Assembly: GCF_000485595.1 (NCBI RefSeq)
Contig: NW_014577076.1
Coordinates: forward strand, 417,430-469,763
Source: Priapulus caudatus
Taxonomy: Eukaryota
Length of the DNA stretch: 52,334 nucleotides
Reading direction: 5' to 3'
Shown here piece after piece: positions 24,856-39,660 of the stretch. Under the pieces are notes generated by a model. It was not told where the DNA came from. It did not search any database and saw only the letters and a program-made list of their open reading frames with translations. The translations under genes and the position numbers were made by a program. Numbering within the stretch: the stretch's first letter is position 1; every line of letters begins with the position of its first letter.

Positions 24856-26927
24856 CTGCAACAGCAAAGTTGTCACGTGTCTTTACGTATACATAACCGA
24901 CAATCAATCATTATTTTTGCACTAATTTGAATATTTGACTAGACCTGATAGAAACTTACAAATGCAATAGCATCCAAAAAAAATACAATGCCCAATACAT
25001 TTATCGTATTACGTGCATGGAGTATGAACAAGCCTTATTGCACGCGAAGCTTTTATCAAATGCTCACGTAGCAATATTCCTTTATACTGCAGCATCTAAG
25101 ATGCTAACACAATCTGTGCTACTTAACAAGTTTCTTAACAGACTTAAGATGGGAATAGGCATTGTGATTTTGTGCTGATTCTGTACAGATTTCATTCGCG
25201 TTGGAGTAGATTTAATCAATAAGAGGCATCACGCAAAACATCCTGGCATGACAACATGAGAACCATTCAATCATGGTCCCAGGCGTCATGTAAAATGCAG
25301 TCCTCACGAAAGTACATATAATGTTCAAACGCTACGCAAATGTATGCGATTAAAAATGCATGTGACAAAATAGTGTGATAAAGTAGAGCGGGCGACTCTA
25401 GCTCTCTCTCTCTGACTTGAGTAAATTTGCACATTGTGGCATGCGATTAAAATTGGTGCAAAATCAAACACAGGTGCAGTCAGTGTCACCTAACGGCATA
25501 CACTAATCATAATACTGTACAATCATTTAGCCTTAGGTCCACTGAAGTCATATACAGTAAATACCACGCCGCAAGAAAAATTCTTTCCAGATAAGACCAT
25601 GCCAGAATAAATTCGCTCTCGTAGAGAAAAGTATAGTACCTTACCAGCTTGTACCACTTCATACCACTATATTAGTATATCTGCAGATGGCGCGCACGCA
25701 TTGAACAATTGAGTCACATACAGTCTGTCATCACTGTTACTACCGCCAACGATTTTACAGCTCAATTATATTTTTACGAGGGAGAAAGGTGCTTTGTGAT
25801 GAAGTACTATAAGACCGTCTCGCTTCAATTGCGTCCATGCAATCATATTAATATAACATGCAGCTTAATGCAGTTACTTTGCGTTACTTGTTACGTTGAA
25901 AATTTCACGCGCGCAACTCCGGTTGTTGTGGGACATTCATCCAGACTCTAATTGATTTTTTAATTACTGCTGTTCTTTATATTGCACGCGGCAAAATCAA
26001 TACTAATATACTCCACATTAATGGCATAATAGAGGCCTCGCTACGTAATGAAGAAACGTGGCACGACCGCACATAGCTGACACAAACGAGCTCGTAAGCA
26101 CCTTCAACCTCGTCATGGTCACAACCGTCACCATCACAGCCACAAACTGACTTCAAGCAATCGAGTTTTAGTTATAGATTTTTTTAAATGCGTGCGTGCG
26201 TGTTTGTGTGCATTCGTGTGCTCCCGCGCACGTGTGCGTGCGTTCATGCGTGCATGCGTGGTGGTCACACGGAGCTCCCATTGGTTCGGTCTGGGTGGCC
26301 ACCATGGTGACAGACATGCAGACAGCTTGCCTAGCCGCATTAAACGTTGGCGTAATACGCCACTGCTGTTCGGTCATGATAACTAGAATAACCAACCTAT
26401 CCTGCGCTTGAGGGAATTTATTAAGGCTTCCGAAGCCGCGTACCGATTGCTTGTACTGGTTAGCTGGGAAATTTTTATGATCAATCACTAATCTTGTAAA
26501 TCCCCTTCACTGGCTAGAAGTGGCGCTCTTTTTATACGTCTGCTTACGCAATCATGCCAACCTTAGAAGTGCTACTCGTTTCTCTGCACGTATTGTTGCC
26601 AGTGATACGAGTATGCATGCTCTAGAGTTTGATACATTACCAAAAGTAATTTGGAGTTCGATACATTATCAAAGTCATTATCAAGTGCATAAAAACATTC
26701 TTATGTACTCTTGATATACTTGTATGTATTTGTAAGAATTACTGAATTTTTTAGTCTGTCAGTTCAAGAAGTTTATAAATGGACCTTTGACGTGTAATGA
26801 TGCTGACTTTTACATTCTGCTACATGCTGACCAGTGGTCATACCATCACTAATTGGAAGACGAGATTACGTTTCGCTTCTCACTAGCTATTCATTGGTGG
26901 GTTAATTTGCATCAAGCACGCACTTAC

Positions 26928-27018
26928 CAGAAAGTCAAACACGCTGAGGCCCAGAATCTCAAAAGCAATGCACATATGTCCGTGGTAGTCGAACCAATCC
27001 AACATACGTACGGATAAA
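26928..27018 (-). CDS. CLK2: CLK exon: [30 protein letters not shown]
   Basis: Subdomain [13 protein letters not shown] motif; phase-2 acceptor ttgcAG and GTaagt donor. Confidence 0.95.
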
Positions 27019-30000
27019 CTGCAATAAAAAAAAATCACGTTAGCATATAGCTCAGTAATAGTTCACAGATTAAAAGCGCAAACAAACCGAAGCTTTTAAT
27101 ACGTACTAAAGCAATGGAATGTGTTTAACAATCCTCTCTCAACAAAGGAAAAAATAACATTTTCTGTTTATGATTTCTAAAAAATAGAGTCAAAAATGCT
27201 TTTTGAGCAAATGCGCGCGAGATGCATATATAGTGAGTGATAACTTGACGAAATTGTGGAATTGCGTATAAGGTCACTGAAGCCCCCAACGGACAAGGTG
27301 AATCACTTATAATTCCACTGCTTACCATGTAATAACTGATCGTGAAGATAAAATGTTTAATGGAGAAAAAAAAACGCTATTATGGACATTTTTGCCAGGA
27401 ATGCAACCGTGCCAAAAAACATTTAATAAATAATATAAATATTATAAACAAATAATAATTTTAGTAATTAGTTATTAGTTTAATTTTAGTTATTTTTAGT
27501 AATTTATTCATTTCAGTTTGAAATGACATTTCCAAAAAAATCATGATGCTTATATTAAAAAGCCAACACATTATCATCCACGGATGTGTTAAAAGCATTT
27601 TCGATATCTGCACTATTGACAGATCATTGTAATGGTTTGGATATTAATCAATACATGCATCATTCCTCACAGATCATACAGACGCTAGTGTTCTTCGATA
27701 GTTATAAGCAGGCACATTTGTACAATTGTGTATAGAATTGTACATATTGAACAATTGTACACATTGAACATGTTATATTGCCCAAATAAATTGACAACAT
27801 TTTACAGCACAACGTAACTGAAAAGACAACATTTTGATTATATCCCTGGTCCACCTACAAGTACACAAAGCCATTGAAATCCTTGGTAGAATTTTTGTAT
27901 ACTGATCACTAATTTTCATAATTACAGCTTTGAATTCTGGCGTTTCATGAAACAGCTTACAAAAAAACAGTGCAAAGCACAGTAAATAATTACAAAGCAA
28001 GAGCAAATCCAACAGCAAACAGCTAGACATTCACAATAGGTATCACACATTCACATACACTTAAAAACTGCAACAGTAAACAGTGAAATCGCTGCTTTCC
28101 GAATGATCATGACCATAGACTCAATGTTCGCCATAATTGGAAATATTATACGAATTGAGTGTAGCATTCATTGCACGCAGCATGTTGCCTATATAGCTTT
28201 CAATTATGGGAAAGCACAAAGCTTGCCCGCAAGAACATAATGGACTATATCGAAAGATCAATGAACATGCACCAATAAAATTATATAAGAATGTTCACCG
28301 ATGATTGAAACAGCTTGCTAGTAAAGACCCGACCACATACACTCATAAACCGCAAGACCCTGGCACAGAAAATCAACTAAACATTATTTTGCAAATGTAT
28401 ATCCATTTTATTTCTTGCAAATGCTTACCAATTAATTTTATTTGTTGCTAATGGTTGACAATTTTATTTATTATCATTTGCATGGTGCAAATTGCAGAAA
28501 TACATAATGTACAACCAGCCATGCATTTAGCAGCCTGACAGCGTTTATTCCAACACAGGAAATCGAGTTTTGCAAACCTTAGCTTAATTATTAGCGTTGC
28601 AAGAACGTGTACCAATGCGAGACTGTAGCGCCACACATAGTTCGTACAGAGTTACAGTTGCACGTTTAGTGGACCGAAACATGCACTCTAATGCACAGGA
28701 CAAACGATGCAATATGAATCACAGGGAGCATTTAAATTATTTGAAATCTTTCTCTCTTTCTCCCCATCTATCTATCTCTATCTCTATAATGCGTATGATA
28801 TGCGATTAGTTAATAGTGTATATTGCTTACGTGCCATGCACTAGTTATGATTATATGTAATGCATATACATTTAAATAAGTAATAAATCAATGAGACACA
28901 ACAAACACCAGACATTATAAGCACCATATAGTTCATGTTACGGTGCACACATTTATCTGAAGTTGTTACTAAGTTTATACATGCACGACAGCACAATAAC
29001 TATATTGTGCTATATTAACACATATTGTAACTATATTGTACACATTGTAACACATATTGTAACATAATAATATTATACAATTATCAACGGCCTCGGTGAA
29101 TTAATCCTTGACCAGGTCCGTATATAGTCACGTGTCGACCTCATCACAGGTCGATAACCGTTTTATTATATGGTTAATAAAGAAATTTTAAAAAAATTGA
29201 ATGTGTTAGTCAATAATTTAATAATACATTTAATAAATAAACAATAATACATAAATAAACAATTTAACTAAATAAATAACAACAAATAAATAATAATAAT
29301 ATTTATATTTATATTTATATTTATTATATTTATATTATTTTATAATATAGCTATCTGATTGGCTGCTAATCTTCGATATAGAAGCGGTATAGCTCGATTA
29401 GCCAGCGCTCACACACCAACTTTCTTCACGCGAGGTGTACTCGTTTGACACGCGCGCGTCAACTCGGCATGAGGTACGGACCTCCAAATGCCATATGGGC
29501 CAATCAGATTCAAGCAAAATGCGCTACCATTTAATAATAACAATTGTAACTATATTACACTTAACTGCATTGTTTCTGGTGAAACTTTCATGTGATTTGG
29601 TGGGACCATAAACAGGCGACGTCTCAGTTGCTTAAACGATAAGACGGCTAATCCTATCTTTAACTTGCAAAGCCCATGAATGCGTACATGCAGCACATTG
29701 AAAGCCCATAATTTTCACAGCACGCAATAACCAACTATGGACATTGAAATGTACGATATTTGCATTTCTAACTGATGCACAGATGTACGTATTTATTATG
29801 TAACCACGCCCATCAAATTTGCATAATTATATAGCATACTTTGTGCATAGAAATTTATATGTTTCTGCCAAAATGGCATTACATTATGCCACTATGACAA
29901 CGTTTTCACAATCTCCATTTCTTGTCGGGCGTAAAAGCTTTATAATATTACGTTTTATTATAATTACGTCTCTTTACAATATACAATGACAGCTTTTATA

Positions 30001-33000
30001 AATCCCGTTATGCTGCAAAATCCAACCAAGTTGGCATAGCTACCCAGCTATTTTTTCAGGGATACAGCAGGGATGTATCAGGTTATTTGCAGGGATGCGC
30101 CAACCTGACTATAGTTATCCGCACAGGTTTCATAGAAACACACGCTCACGCGCACACCCACAACATACACGTACACACACGCACGCACGTACACACACGC
30201 TCGCATGACGCACGCACACGTGCGCGCATAAACACACTGTCATCAACACTGATATAACAACGCCGGGCAACATTTCGAACACGTGGGTATGAAGCCAACA
30301 CGGTTTTTGCATAATTAAAAATGTCCCCTCCTGTGATTGATTTCACGTGTAGAGATGAAGCTGTACAGATTGAGCAAAAAGAGAAAGAATAGAGGACTTG
30401 TGTAAAGATGTGCGAAGGAAAATTAGCAGAGGGTGAAAAGAAAAAAAGGAAAGGGGGAGAGGGGTAAAGCCGTAAAGGGCACAGAAAAGGGAGAGTCCGG
30501 CAGGAACTTTCGAGACACCCTGTGCATCTAATTCTGGCTGGGGCTGTCAACCTGTACTCTGTATTCGTCCAGATGGCCTGCCAGATCCGTGCTGAATTGT
30601 GAAGGGGCTTAGCATGCGATGTAAGTAGCTTTGCCTTCAGCATGCTTCCCTAACTAGTTGAACATTGACAATCAATACTCAGAATCACACTTCACGCACA
30701 GTGTGCTATGGCATATGTCATGCTAGCTGTTTTAGGGTTTGCCCATAGCAGATTCACGTGTGAAGACATTAATCATGGCAAGTCACATTTCTGCAAATTT
30801 CTGTAATCCATGCGAATGTAGTTACAGTTCCCCTAGCACGTGCGGCCGCTAGCATATGAACCTGATATAACACCACATTGAAGTAACTTTCATTGCAAAT
30901 CTAAATGCGGGGATCGAGCTCCGGTAACGTTCTGCATATTAGCGACGTACTATATATGCAATATAATATAACAACGTAACGAACGCTATAATGGTGCTTC
31001 CTCAGAAACCCCTGAGGGCGAATGCATCAGAATTGCTACTCTTGCTTTGCACACAAACCTAGAATGATTCTCTCTCCCTCTTCTCGATTTCCCCACCAAT
31101 CTCTCCCCCTTCTCTATCTTACATGCACGCACGCACGCACGCACGCACCCACGCACGCACACACACACACACACACAGACAATTTATTTGAGCAAAGTGA
31201 CGTTGTTGGCAACTAAGCTGGAATATATGGCAACTATAAAGCGCGTCTGCGAAAGTAGCTGCTGCTACTTGGTGATTTATTCCTTGGAAACAGCAGCTAA
31301 TTTAGGAAGTAATGTCGCCCGTGCAAAATGGTTGTTTATTACGCCACCTGCGGGAAAGTGCGGCTTAACGAGTCAGTACTTAATTAGGGAGTCAACGAAT
31401 AAGACATGAACGTAAAATGCATGTGATACCAAGCTTCACACATGGATGCTCCAAAGTTTCCCAACCTAGTTTTCGATTAGAACCTAGTCCGCCCACCGTT
31501 ACCCGAGTCCATGCAATCAGTACGTCGCTAGCACCTGTGTTGACTTCGCTATAATACATACCTGTCATTGATAAATGACATCGCAGCGATCGCATAATTA
31601 ACGTTTTAATGAAATTTGCGCACTTAACTCGTAATGTAACGTGAATATATACGTGACAGCCAAACCCACGGACAGAACAGAAGTTACGTGTTATATTTAT
31701 GCAACACATGGTGAGAAAGCTCTGCTTTGCCGTTTCACTAAGTGATTTTTCAGCTTTGTAAATCAAAACCAACACAGCACCAATGCACACTTGCATTTCG
31801 ACAATTTTTTATTCTACATCAAAATCATCATCTTATTTCATAGTTTTGAAACAACTCCTCAAGTTTCGTTGAAACTGTGCATGTCAATAAAATCGAGTAC
31901 ACTAAACTAAAATCATTCCCAATCAAATTCGCTGAGTTTTAACATTTCTTGTAAAATCAGATATATTTAGTGTTTAACGTAGGACTTAGGTTGGCATTGG
32001 CAAGACGTCTATGCATCACTCATTCATGGCGAGAAACATTACCGAACTCTAATGGTGACGACACCTCCAACGAATCCCCCTTTACGATCGCTTGTACGTA
32101 CATGCACGGGTCTTATAGCGCGCGCGCGTGTGCATGCGCGCGTGTGTGCATGTGCGCGCCTAGCTGTGTATCACGGCGTGTGCGTGCCTGCCTGCTTTCC
32201 AGTGTGTACGGGTTTGCGTCTACATGGCTAACATACAACTTGATAGATCTCCATGCATAGCTTCGTCCATTGCTCCACAACGTGCCTACGTGTATTACGA
32301 TGACGCACATCAGCTCGTTAGCTATATATAATCAAGAATCGGACCAGTAAATTAACCGAAAATGTTTCATCGTGGCACCTTGAGGGAATACTGGTCGCAT
32401 TTGCATTGGTGTCAGTGTACCGTGCCCCAATGGATACTCGCGCTAATCTAACTAGTAATAGCCATTAGCCCTTAAACGGGACAGAGCGTGCGCACGTACC
32501 TCGGTATGAGAGTACACGCAAAACAACTGCGACAACGATGCATTCGTCACGCATTCATGGCCAAGCTTCATGTGCAGCTTGCCTTTCTTCTTTATGCATA
32601 TAAAGAAATATTCTTCGGATGTCTGCATGTTCATAAGGGTGATAACCTGGGGCGAGTCGACTAAACGGCACCGATACGTGAAGCTGAGAATGGGTAAACG
32701 GGCAGCTAAAGTCAGCACAAGCAGCACAGCATCCATACATCTAACGAAGGGCAATTATTACATGGCATGATGGTCATGTGTGCAATATACTCGTGGGAAA
32801 TATGTAACGGGCAAGCTTAATTTCTCCCTTTATTACATCCACACTCGTATCCACCTCGGTGAAACGATTGCCGGTCGACGCGTGGCCCTATTTTGCCGCC
32901 ATGCACCGTCTAGCTCATTTCATCCGAGTATTTCATCATGCAGCGCATCATCTAACGTATTTCATCAGCGCGCACTGCTAGCATAATCGTTTGAAGCAGT

Positions 33001-34041
33001 TCAATCGTGATTAGATATGGTATTGGAGGTAAATAGGCTCTGCGCTGGATTCAGGTGATAGCGCTGCACGCGTGAGCACCGCCGTTTTAACGATGCCAAA
33101 TTATTTTTTTATATAAAACTACTATTAGGTTGAAATGCAAGCTTAAATGGCAACGATTTATCTATAGCGCGGAACTTGCCAACACTACGCCGTAAGTCAG
33201 ATTAGCTTCGTTAATTCAATCAACTACATTCAGTCAGGTAGTAGGTAGCTTCATTAGTTTTGGAAGGTTTGCTATTTTTTTAAATATAATCTACATCAAC
33301 TAGATATTTTTTAACAGGATATAATTAATCGATTTGTACTGCCATTGACAATGCAGAGTTGTAATTAAAATAAACGTGGCTCCAGCGTTGGTTGCTTTTA
33401 GTGTGCACTGCATGAAGCTCGCAATAGCTTGGTTGGCAAAAAAGATCGAATTAATACTTTACATAAACGCTCTTCTATATAGACTTTAACTTTTGTATAC
33501 ATGTCTAACTAACAGCCTAGCGCGGAAACATAAGTATATAGGCACTATTATAAATGACTTAAGCGTGCATTGGGGCATTTCAAAATGTAATCCAACAAAG
33601 TTCATAACTCCCTTACTTGGATCAATAATACCGTCTTGTTTTGATCTTATCAGTGCCCACAATTATCAGGATTAGGGGGGGGGGTCCTCGGTAAATAGGT
33701 ACAAGGCACAGATCGGTACACGGTACAGATAATAAAACTGGGAGTTACCGCACGCGTGTACACGTACAAACCGCATGGTGGCAGGAATTATACGGCAATT
33801 TATTTTGATGAAAAATTTACTGCGAATAGATTCGACGTCGTTGGATTTTCCAACACAAAGTGTGAGCAGGCACGCCGACTTTATGTAAACCTTAAATGCC
33901 CCCATGGAAAGAATCCGCGCTCGTCTCTTTCCACCGAATTTATGCTTCATTGTAAAACTAAACCCATATGATTCAATCAATTATGCATTGACACGTTTCA
34001 ACTATGAGATTTCCACACAAAAATCCAAGCACACCCGCAAG

Positions 34042-34079
<38 letters not shown>

Positions 34080-34539
34080 TTTTATCATCTTTATTGTTAT
34101 TATTAACAATTCGACAACATACGAAAACAAGACTGTCTGGTGATTCAGCGAACGACGCTGTCTGCATGTACACGCCACTGACTATAGCGGATGATATGTA
34201 AAACTAATTAACTATTCATGAAACTAAAACCAAACTTTTCATCTGGCTAGAATGAAACTAGACTACTTACAGTATTATCATGTCTGCAGAGTATCCTCCT
34301 CCATAGTAATTAACCGACATAAACGCGGAAAAATCCGTCTGCGTCACACCTTATATACAATTACAAGGCCCGCGGCAGATGATGATTAGAGACTGGTAAG
34401 TAATTAGCCTTCTGATATACGAAATTAAAAACATCTAGTTTCTACAATTACGAATACATTTTTTTTTTCAAAAATGGCCCAAATGTCTAAATGTTAGAAT
34501 TTATTTCAGTATACGTAGTTAGATAAAGCTCACTCTTAC

Positions 34540-34628
34540 CTCTCATCACTAGCATGGTACAGTCTAGTAGGCCTAACTATACCCTTTGACATTTTTCCGT
34601 AGGCATCTAGCTCTTTGAATTCTCCCAT
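34540..34628 (-). CDS. Candidate internal alternative first exon of CLK: MGEFKELDAYGKMSKGIVRPTRLYHASDE(S)
   Basis: gcgATGG start context, 29 open codons plus AG, strong GAG|GTAAGA donor; phase 2 matches the acceptor at 27018. Confidence 0.5.
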
Positions 34629-37069
34629 CGCGTGTATTACTACCTCAGGCAAACAAAAGACTGGCCACTCAATGATTTCTCAACTATCCAAGATATGATT
34701 CCCAAAAGACTCAGCTTATCAGCAACAGAATACTCTCTAATGCGATTTAGAAATTAGGCAAATATCTATATTCACATAGGCAGAGTGCGTGCCTATATTT
34801 CCCAAAGCTGTTGATAAAAAAAACTATAAATCACGATTAAATGCGGCTGCACTTAAACAAAAGTAATCGTTTCATATACTATCGCAATTCAGTTTGCACA
34901 TGCAGACTATAGGACTACATTAACTGCAATGTCAACGACATTGCTTTTGTCATAAATTTAAAAACATTTCTATTTCCCAGAGTGAAACAAATCAAATAAA
35001 GCACGTCACCTCCCACCCCAGTGAGCGTACGAGCTTTATGAATACCACACCGACATTTGCCATGCAATGATTGTATATAAAGGGTATATATAGCACGACT
35101 GTGAATTGAATTGGTGCATGATGCTGTCATATTTTCGCGTCCGTCACGATAAACGTATTACCTATTCCGTAGCGCAGTCTCTCTATTTACCGTCTATAGA
35201 CAGCAGGTCTAATTGACAGAATGGTCCTTTGGTAAGCAAAACGGAAATCATTGCTGTCCAACACAACTTCTTGAACTGATACTTGCCTGGACGGAGCTAG
35301 GGGAGGGAAATTGTGGGAGGAAATGGAGAGGGAGGTCATGTTCGAGATGAGCGTGCGAGTGAGCGAGAGGGGCGAGCGAAAGATATATATATATAAATAT
35401 CATACGCTCTTGATATATATAGGGGGGAGTGAGAGAGGGAGGAGAGGGACTCTATTCTGTTATTCACCATCCATGGAGAACAAGATGACTGACTCCTCAA
35501 CCCCGTAATACGAGCCCGCGCAACGCGCTGACAATATACAGAAGACAATACACAGCTGGTTGGGGATTTACAACTTCACGGATTTCTACAACAGTATTCA
35601 CGACCTCTGCGAATTCAGACTATTCAAGCGCCGTATGCACGCTTAAATTACCAACCGGTTTCCATTTTCACGTTGCGAAAAGCATCAACATTAACTGCCG
35701 GTACTTTGAGCACGCAGACAAGCACACAAATACCTACGAGATGCATCCACCACGCCACAAATTGCGTGCAGGGCGCGCGCGACAACACGGGAAAAACACC
35801 AATTCAGAGCGAAACGCACGTAGAAGCTTTAACGTTAATACGCCTATTTAGCACCTCGGCTATACACGAAATGGTACGCGTGTTGTGCACACGGATGTTT
35901 TCGTCTTTTTCGGAGGCTGCAGTCACGGTATATTTTATTAAGAATGAGAGCACAGACATTTGCGGAAATATAACGCACGGGTCATATACGCGCACACTGC
36001 ACATGCAGCCTGGTACGTAACTGAAACTGAATAGGCAAAATGATTGATGTACACGTGAGGAAGATTTTTGTACTGGGGACATGCAGCCACGTTTCCTGAT
36101 ATGAAAAAAAATGAATTAATAATAAAATGCCAGTAAAATTCATGACCAAAAGACAGTTTGTGCCACGTCTCTGCACAAAAGAGCTGCAAAAACAAGGAAT
36201 TCGACACTTTGAAGGATCGAGGGAGAATTGGCAACGATGACAGCGACGCATGGGGTGCTATGCGGAGTGTAGCCTCTGCGACAATATTTAGCATAACTCG
36301 GTACAGTTTGCCAGAAATATCCATCGAGCCAATATAATTGATGTTTGCGCAGATCATCTGTCTGCAGCTGGAATGTAAAGGATAAATCCACACCAAATGT
36401 CAGCACTTCTACTCTGACATGCATGCACGCCAGCATCACAGCATGGTCTGAGATATATGCGCGCACGAGAGCAGGGGCCATGTTCAGAAAGGCTTCTGAC
36501 GGGAGAATGCCAGTGCCCCCTTCACCTCACTGCTGCATCGCATAATACGAAGCGTTTATATTCCGTTTACTACAGTGGGCTATATGACGCTGATAGCACG
36601 GAAAAGCGTGTGTGGGTATAGAGAGCATAGCGGGTAGTATGCTGAACCATTAACTTACATTTGGAGAGCAGAAGAAGATTAAATTTGCAATCATTTTCGC
36701 GTTGACAAGGTATTAGGCAAACGGCCTCACTCGACTTTTCACCATATGTCAACGAGGCCATAAAGCCTCAGAATAAACCAACGGATCCTCCAAACATATA
36801 CATGAAACTGTTTGTCTATAGTAATAGAGAAAAGCAAGTAGAAGAAGCGGAAACTATATAATTTGCTCAGATTATCAGTTTGGTGATCAATTGCATGCTT
36901 TTAAAAGTCTGCAAAAATGTACATATAGTCAAGAGCTAATAATATTATTAGCTCTTGATATAGTGTAGGAGACTGCATGTTGTTTCACCCACTCGACATG
37001 AAGTGTGCCAATATCACGCACACACACACTCACGCACACATGCCCACACTCGCGCACAGGCATGCACGT

Positions 37070-37097
37070 ACATACATACGTACATACATACATACAT

Positions 37098-37176
<79 letters not shown>

Positions 37177-37185
37177 CACACACAC

Positions 37186-37249
<64 letters not shown>

Positions 37250-37260
37250 TATATACATAC
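37070..37260. repeat. Compound (TACA)n(GCAC)n(CA)n microsatellite
   Basis: Directly visible; source of the spurious THAR/VRAC ORFs. Confidence 0.95.
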
Positions 37261-39407
37261 AAAAGCCCGAGGGAACTCGCGCGCGCTCGCGTACGCACGC
37301 ACACACGCATTAACAGCCATGCTCCAGACAGACAGCTGTAAAGCTACCAGAAATAGCATGACCCAATGTTATTCTGAACAGGCAGCCTACCGCACTTATC
37401 GACAGAGCTTCACTCACACAATTTAGCAGCTGGACTTTGGCTGTCACCCAGCCCCGACTACCCAGCCCCGAATTTGTTTATTTACTACGTACTGAGTCCG
37501 TGTAGTGTTGCTGAACAATTGTGAACGTTAAAACAAAGAACACGATGTATTGTGGTGGGTATGCGTCATGAGGTCGTGTAGGGGATAAATTATCCATACA
37601 GCGACCAGTACACTGAAGTGTACAACGGCAGTATATTATTTATATACCATTACTAAGCTAAGGTAATCGAAGTTTAAATTCCAATAAGTTTCATATGATT
37701 TTACTTGTGGAGTTGAAGTCGTATCTGATTTCGGCATCTACCACAAGTTCGTGCGATCACGCTACCACATTAAATTCTTCTAACAACGCACGATAAAGCT
37801 AGCAGCCTCGCACTTTTGACATCTACACACTTTATAACAATATTTACGAAAAAGTTTCAATCCACTTAGAATGGTAGTGCATGTGCTAGGTTTTCGATAT
37901 AAATCAATCTATCAATCGTAAACTGCAACATTGCTCCATAATTTCTTACGAATTGTTGACGATTCTTCTTTATATTCTATGCTAAAGCAAAGAGAATATA
38001 TACGAAAAGTATATAGTTACAAACCAATCTACGAGAGAAACCGAAGAATAAAAAGCAGAAATAAAATCAATCGATACCACACGCTCACTTTTACAAATTC
38101 GATTATTGCAGCGCAAATTACACGAGTTTACACTTTCAAAACAAAAGTGTAGGGCAGGCTGAGAAACATGACAGAACGAAAGGGTTTCCTCTCGAGATTA
38201 TGGGTTGGGCGTAGCTAGTATACTCAAATCACGTTCGGTACATTTTTCTCATTTTCTTTACGGGTCTCCTAACAATTTCCCCTAGTCAAAAGCAGCTGGC
38301 AATCAATCCTCTTGCGTACCTGCACATATCTTACCATTTCTGCTAAAAGTAGTCACTACCCTAAAACCTCCCAACCGCACCCACTAAGACCGCCCAGCCA
38401 AGAGCGCGTAAACAGTCTACGTGCTATTGTGCTCTTGAACTAACCTTAGCCATAGGCCCAGCTGGTGGCTAGTATATAATTAGAAAAAAATTGCGAAACG
38501 CATGCATACAGCTATGACACGACATGCGTACAGAGTTCGATTGTTGCGCAGGTACAATGCAAAGGTGCACGAGATAGATGTGCTATGATCGATCCAGGCA
38601 ACAAACCTTTCTCTAATTTCGGATCGATGTTCATGAATAAAACGTCGATTCTAGATTTCACGACTCGCTTACACTGCCGCCATGAATTCGGACGTTATCC
38701 GCATAATCGCACCAATCTGATCACGCGAGCATTAAATGTCACAATGCCGTTCGCCGACTCTGTATAAAGCGCGCCGCGCTTTCGTGTCAACTCCCCGTCA
38801 AAACTGCCGACGGTTGGCTTCAGGGCAGGCGACAGCACGCACGTGGTGCGTACGTGGCCTGCGCTCTGACGCGAGCCGCAAGGCTACACAGCTCACCGCA
38901 CACGGGTGCTGACACTTATCGTAGGCGCGATCGTCTGCGAAAGCTTCTTACACGACAACACCTCAGAGAATAAAAAAAAAACCGCCATGTGCATAGGGGG
39001 TAAATTCTCCCAATCAGGCAGTGTAATCGCGTTCAGATTTTAGAATCAACAACACGCAGGAATCTATGGGGTCATTACATATGTTAGTATTGGAAAAGCA
39101 ATGTTTAAAGCACTTTAGGGATATATGCCAATGTTAGTAATCAACATCGCCAATTATGATTTTATTGCCTTACAAATACCAGAGCAGTATTAACGTACGT
39201 TACAGACATGACTTCCCAAACAATATTCTACGCGTCCAAATGTGTTCGTTTGTCGTTACGTATAAATAAATAAATATATAAATATATATATAAGGAGAGA
39301 GACAGAGAGATGTAGCTACGATAGAACTTTTGAACAGGCACACCATTTGTGATGAAAAACATCAAAAGAAATGTGAATCTTATGGTTTACCTATACAAAA
39401 ACCGCAA

Positions 39408-39660
39408 CGACACGTGTCCATGTTACACTAACACGTACTACTAGTAAGAACGTCAGTGTTTCTACCAATCAATGGACACGCGTCCATGTAACACTAACAC
39501 TAGTAAGAACGTCAATGTTTCTACCAATCAATGGACACGCGTCCATGTTATACTAACACTAGTAAGAACGTCAGTGTTTCTACCAATCAATGGACACGTG
39601 TCCATGTTATACTAACACTAGTTAAAGAACGTCAATGTTTCTACGAATCAAATGGACACG
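39408..39660. repeat. 59-bp minisatellite, ~4 copies
   Basis: Unit CTAGTAAGAACGTCAGTGTTTCTACCAATCAATGGACACGCGTCCATGTTATACTAACA begins at 39441, 39500, 39559 and 39618. Confidence 0.93.

Noticed and set aside
29040..29555. Possible dispersed repeat (Crypton/Helitron-like) with an AT-rich core
   Set aside because: No clear termini or TSD could be established by eye.
36660..36761. ORF MASLTYGEK... running into a GTAAGT donor
   Set aside because: The available ATGs give phase 1 or 0, and the phase-2 frame has a stop.
36929..37426. Long overlapping ORFs (THAR/VRAC/CV repeats), and similar ERER/LSLS ORFs at 21862-22274
   Set aside because: These are translations of microsatellites.
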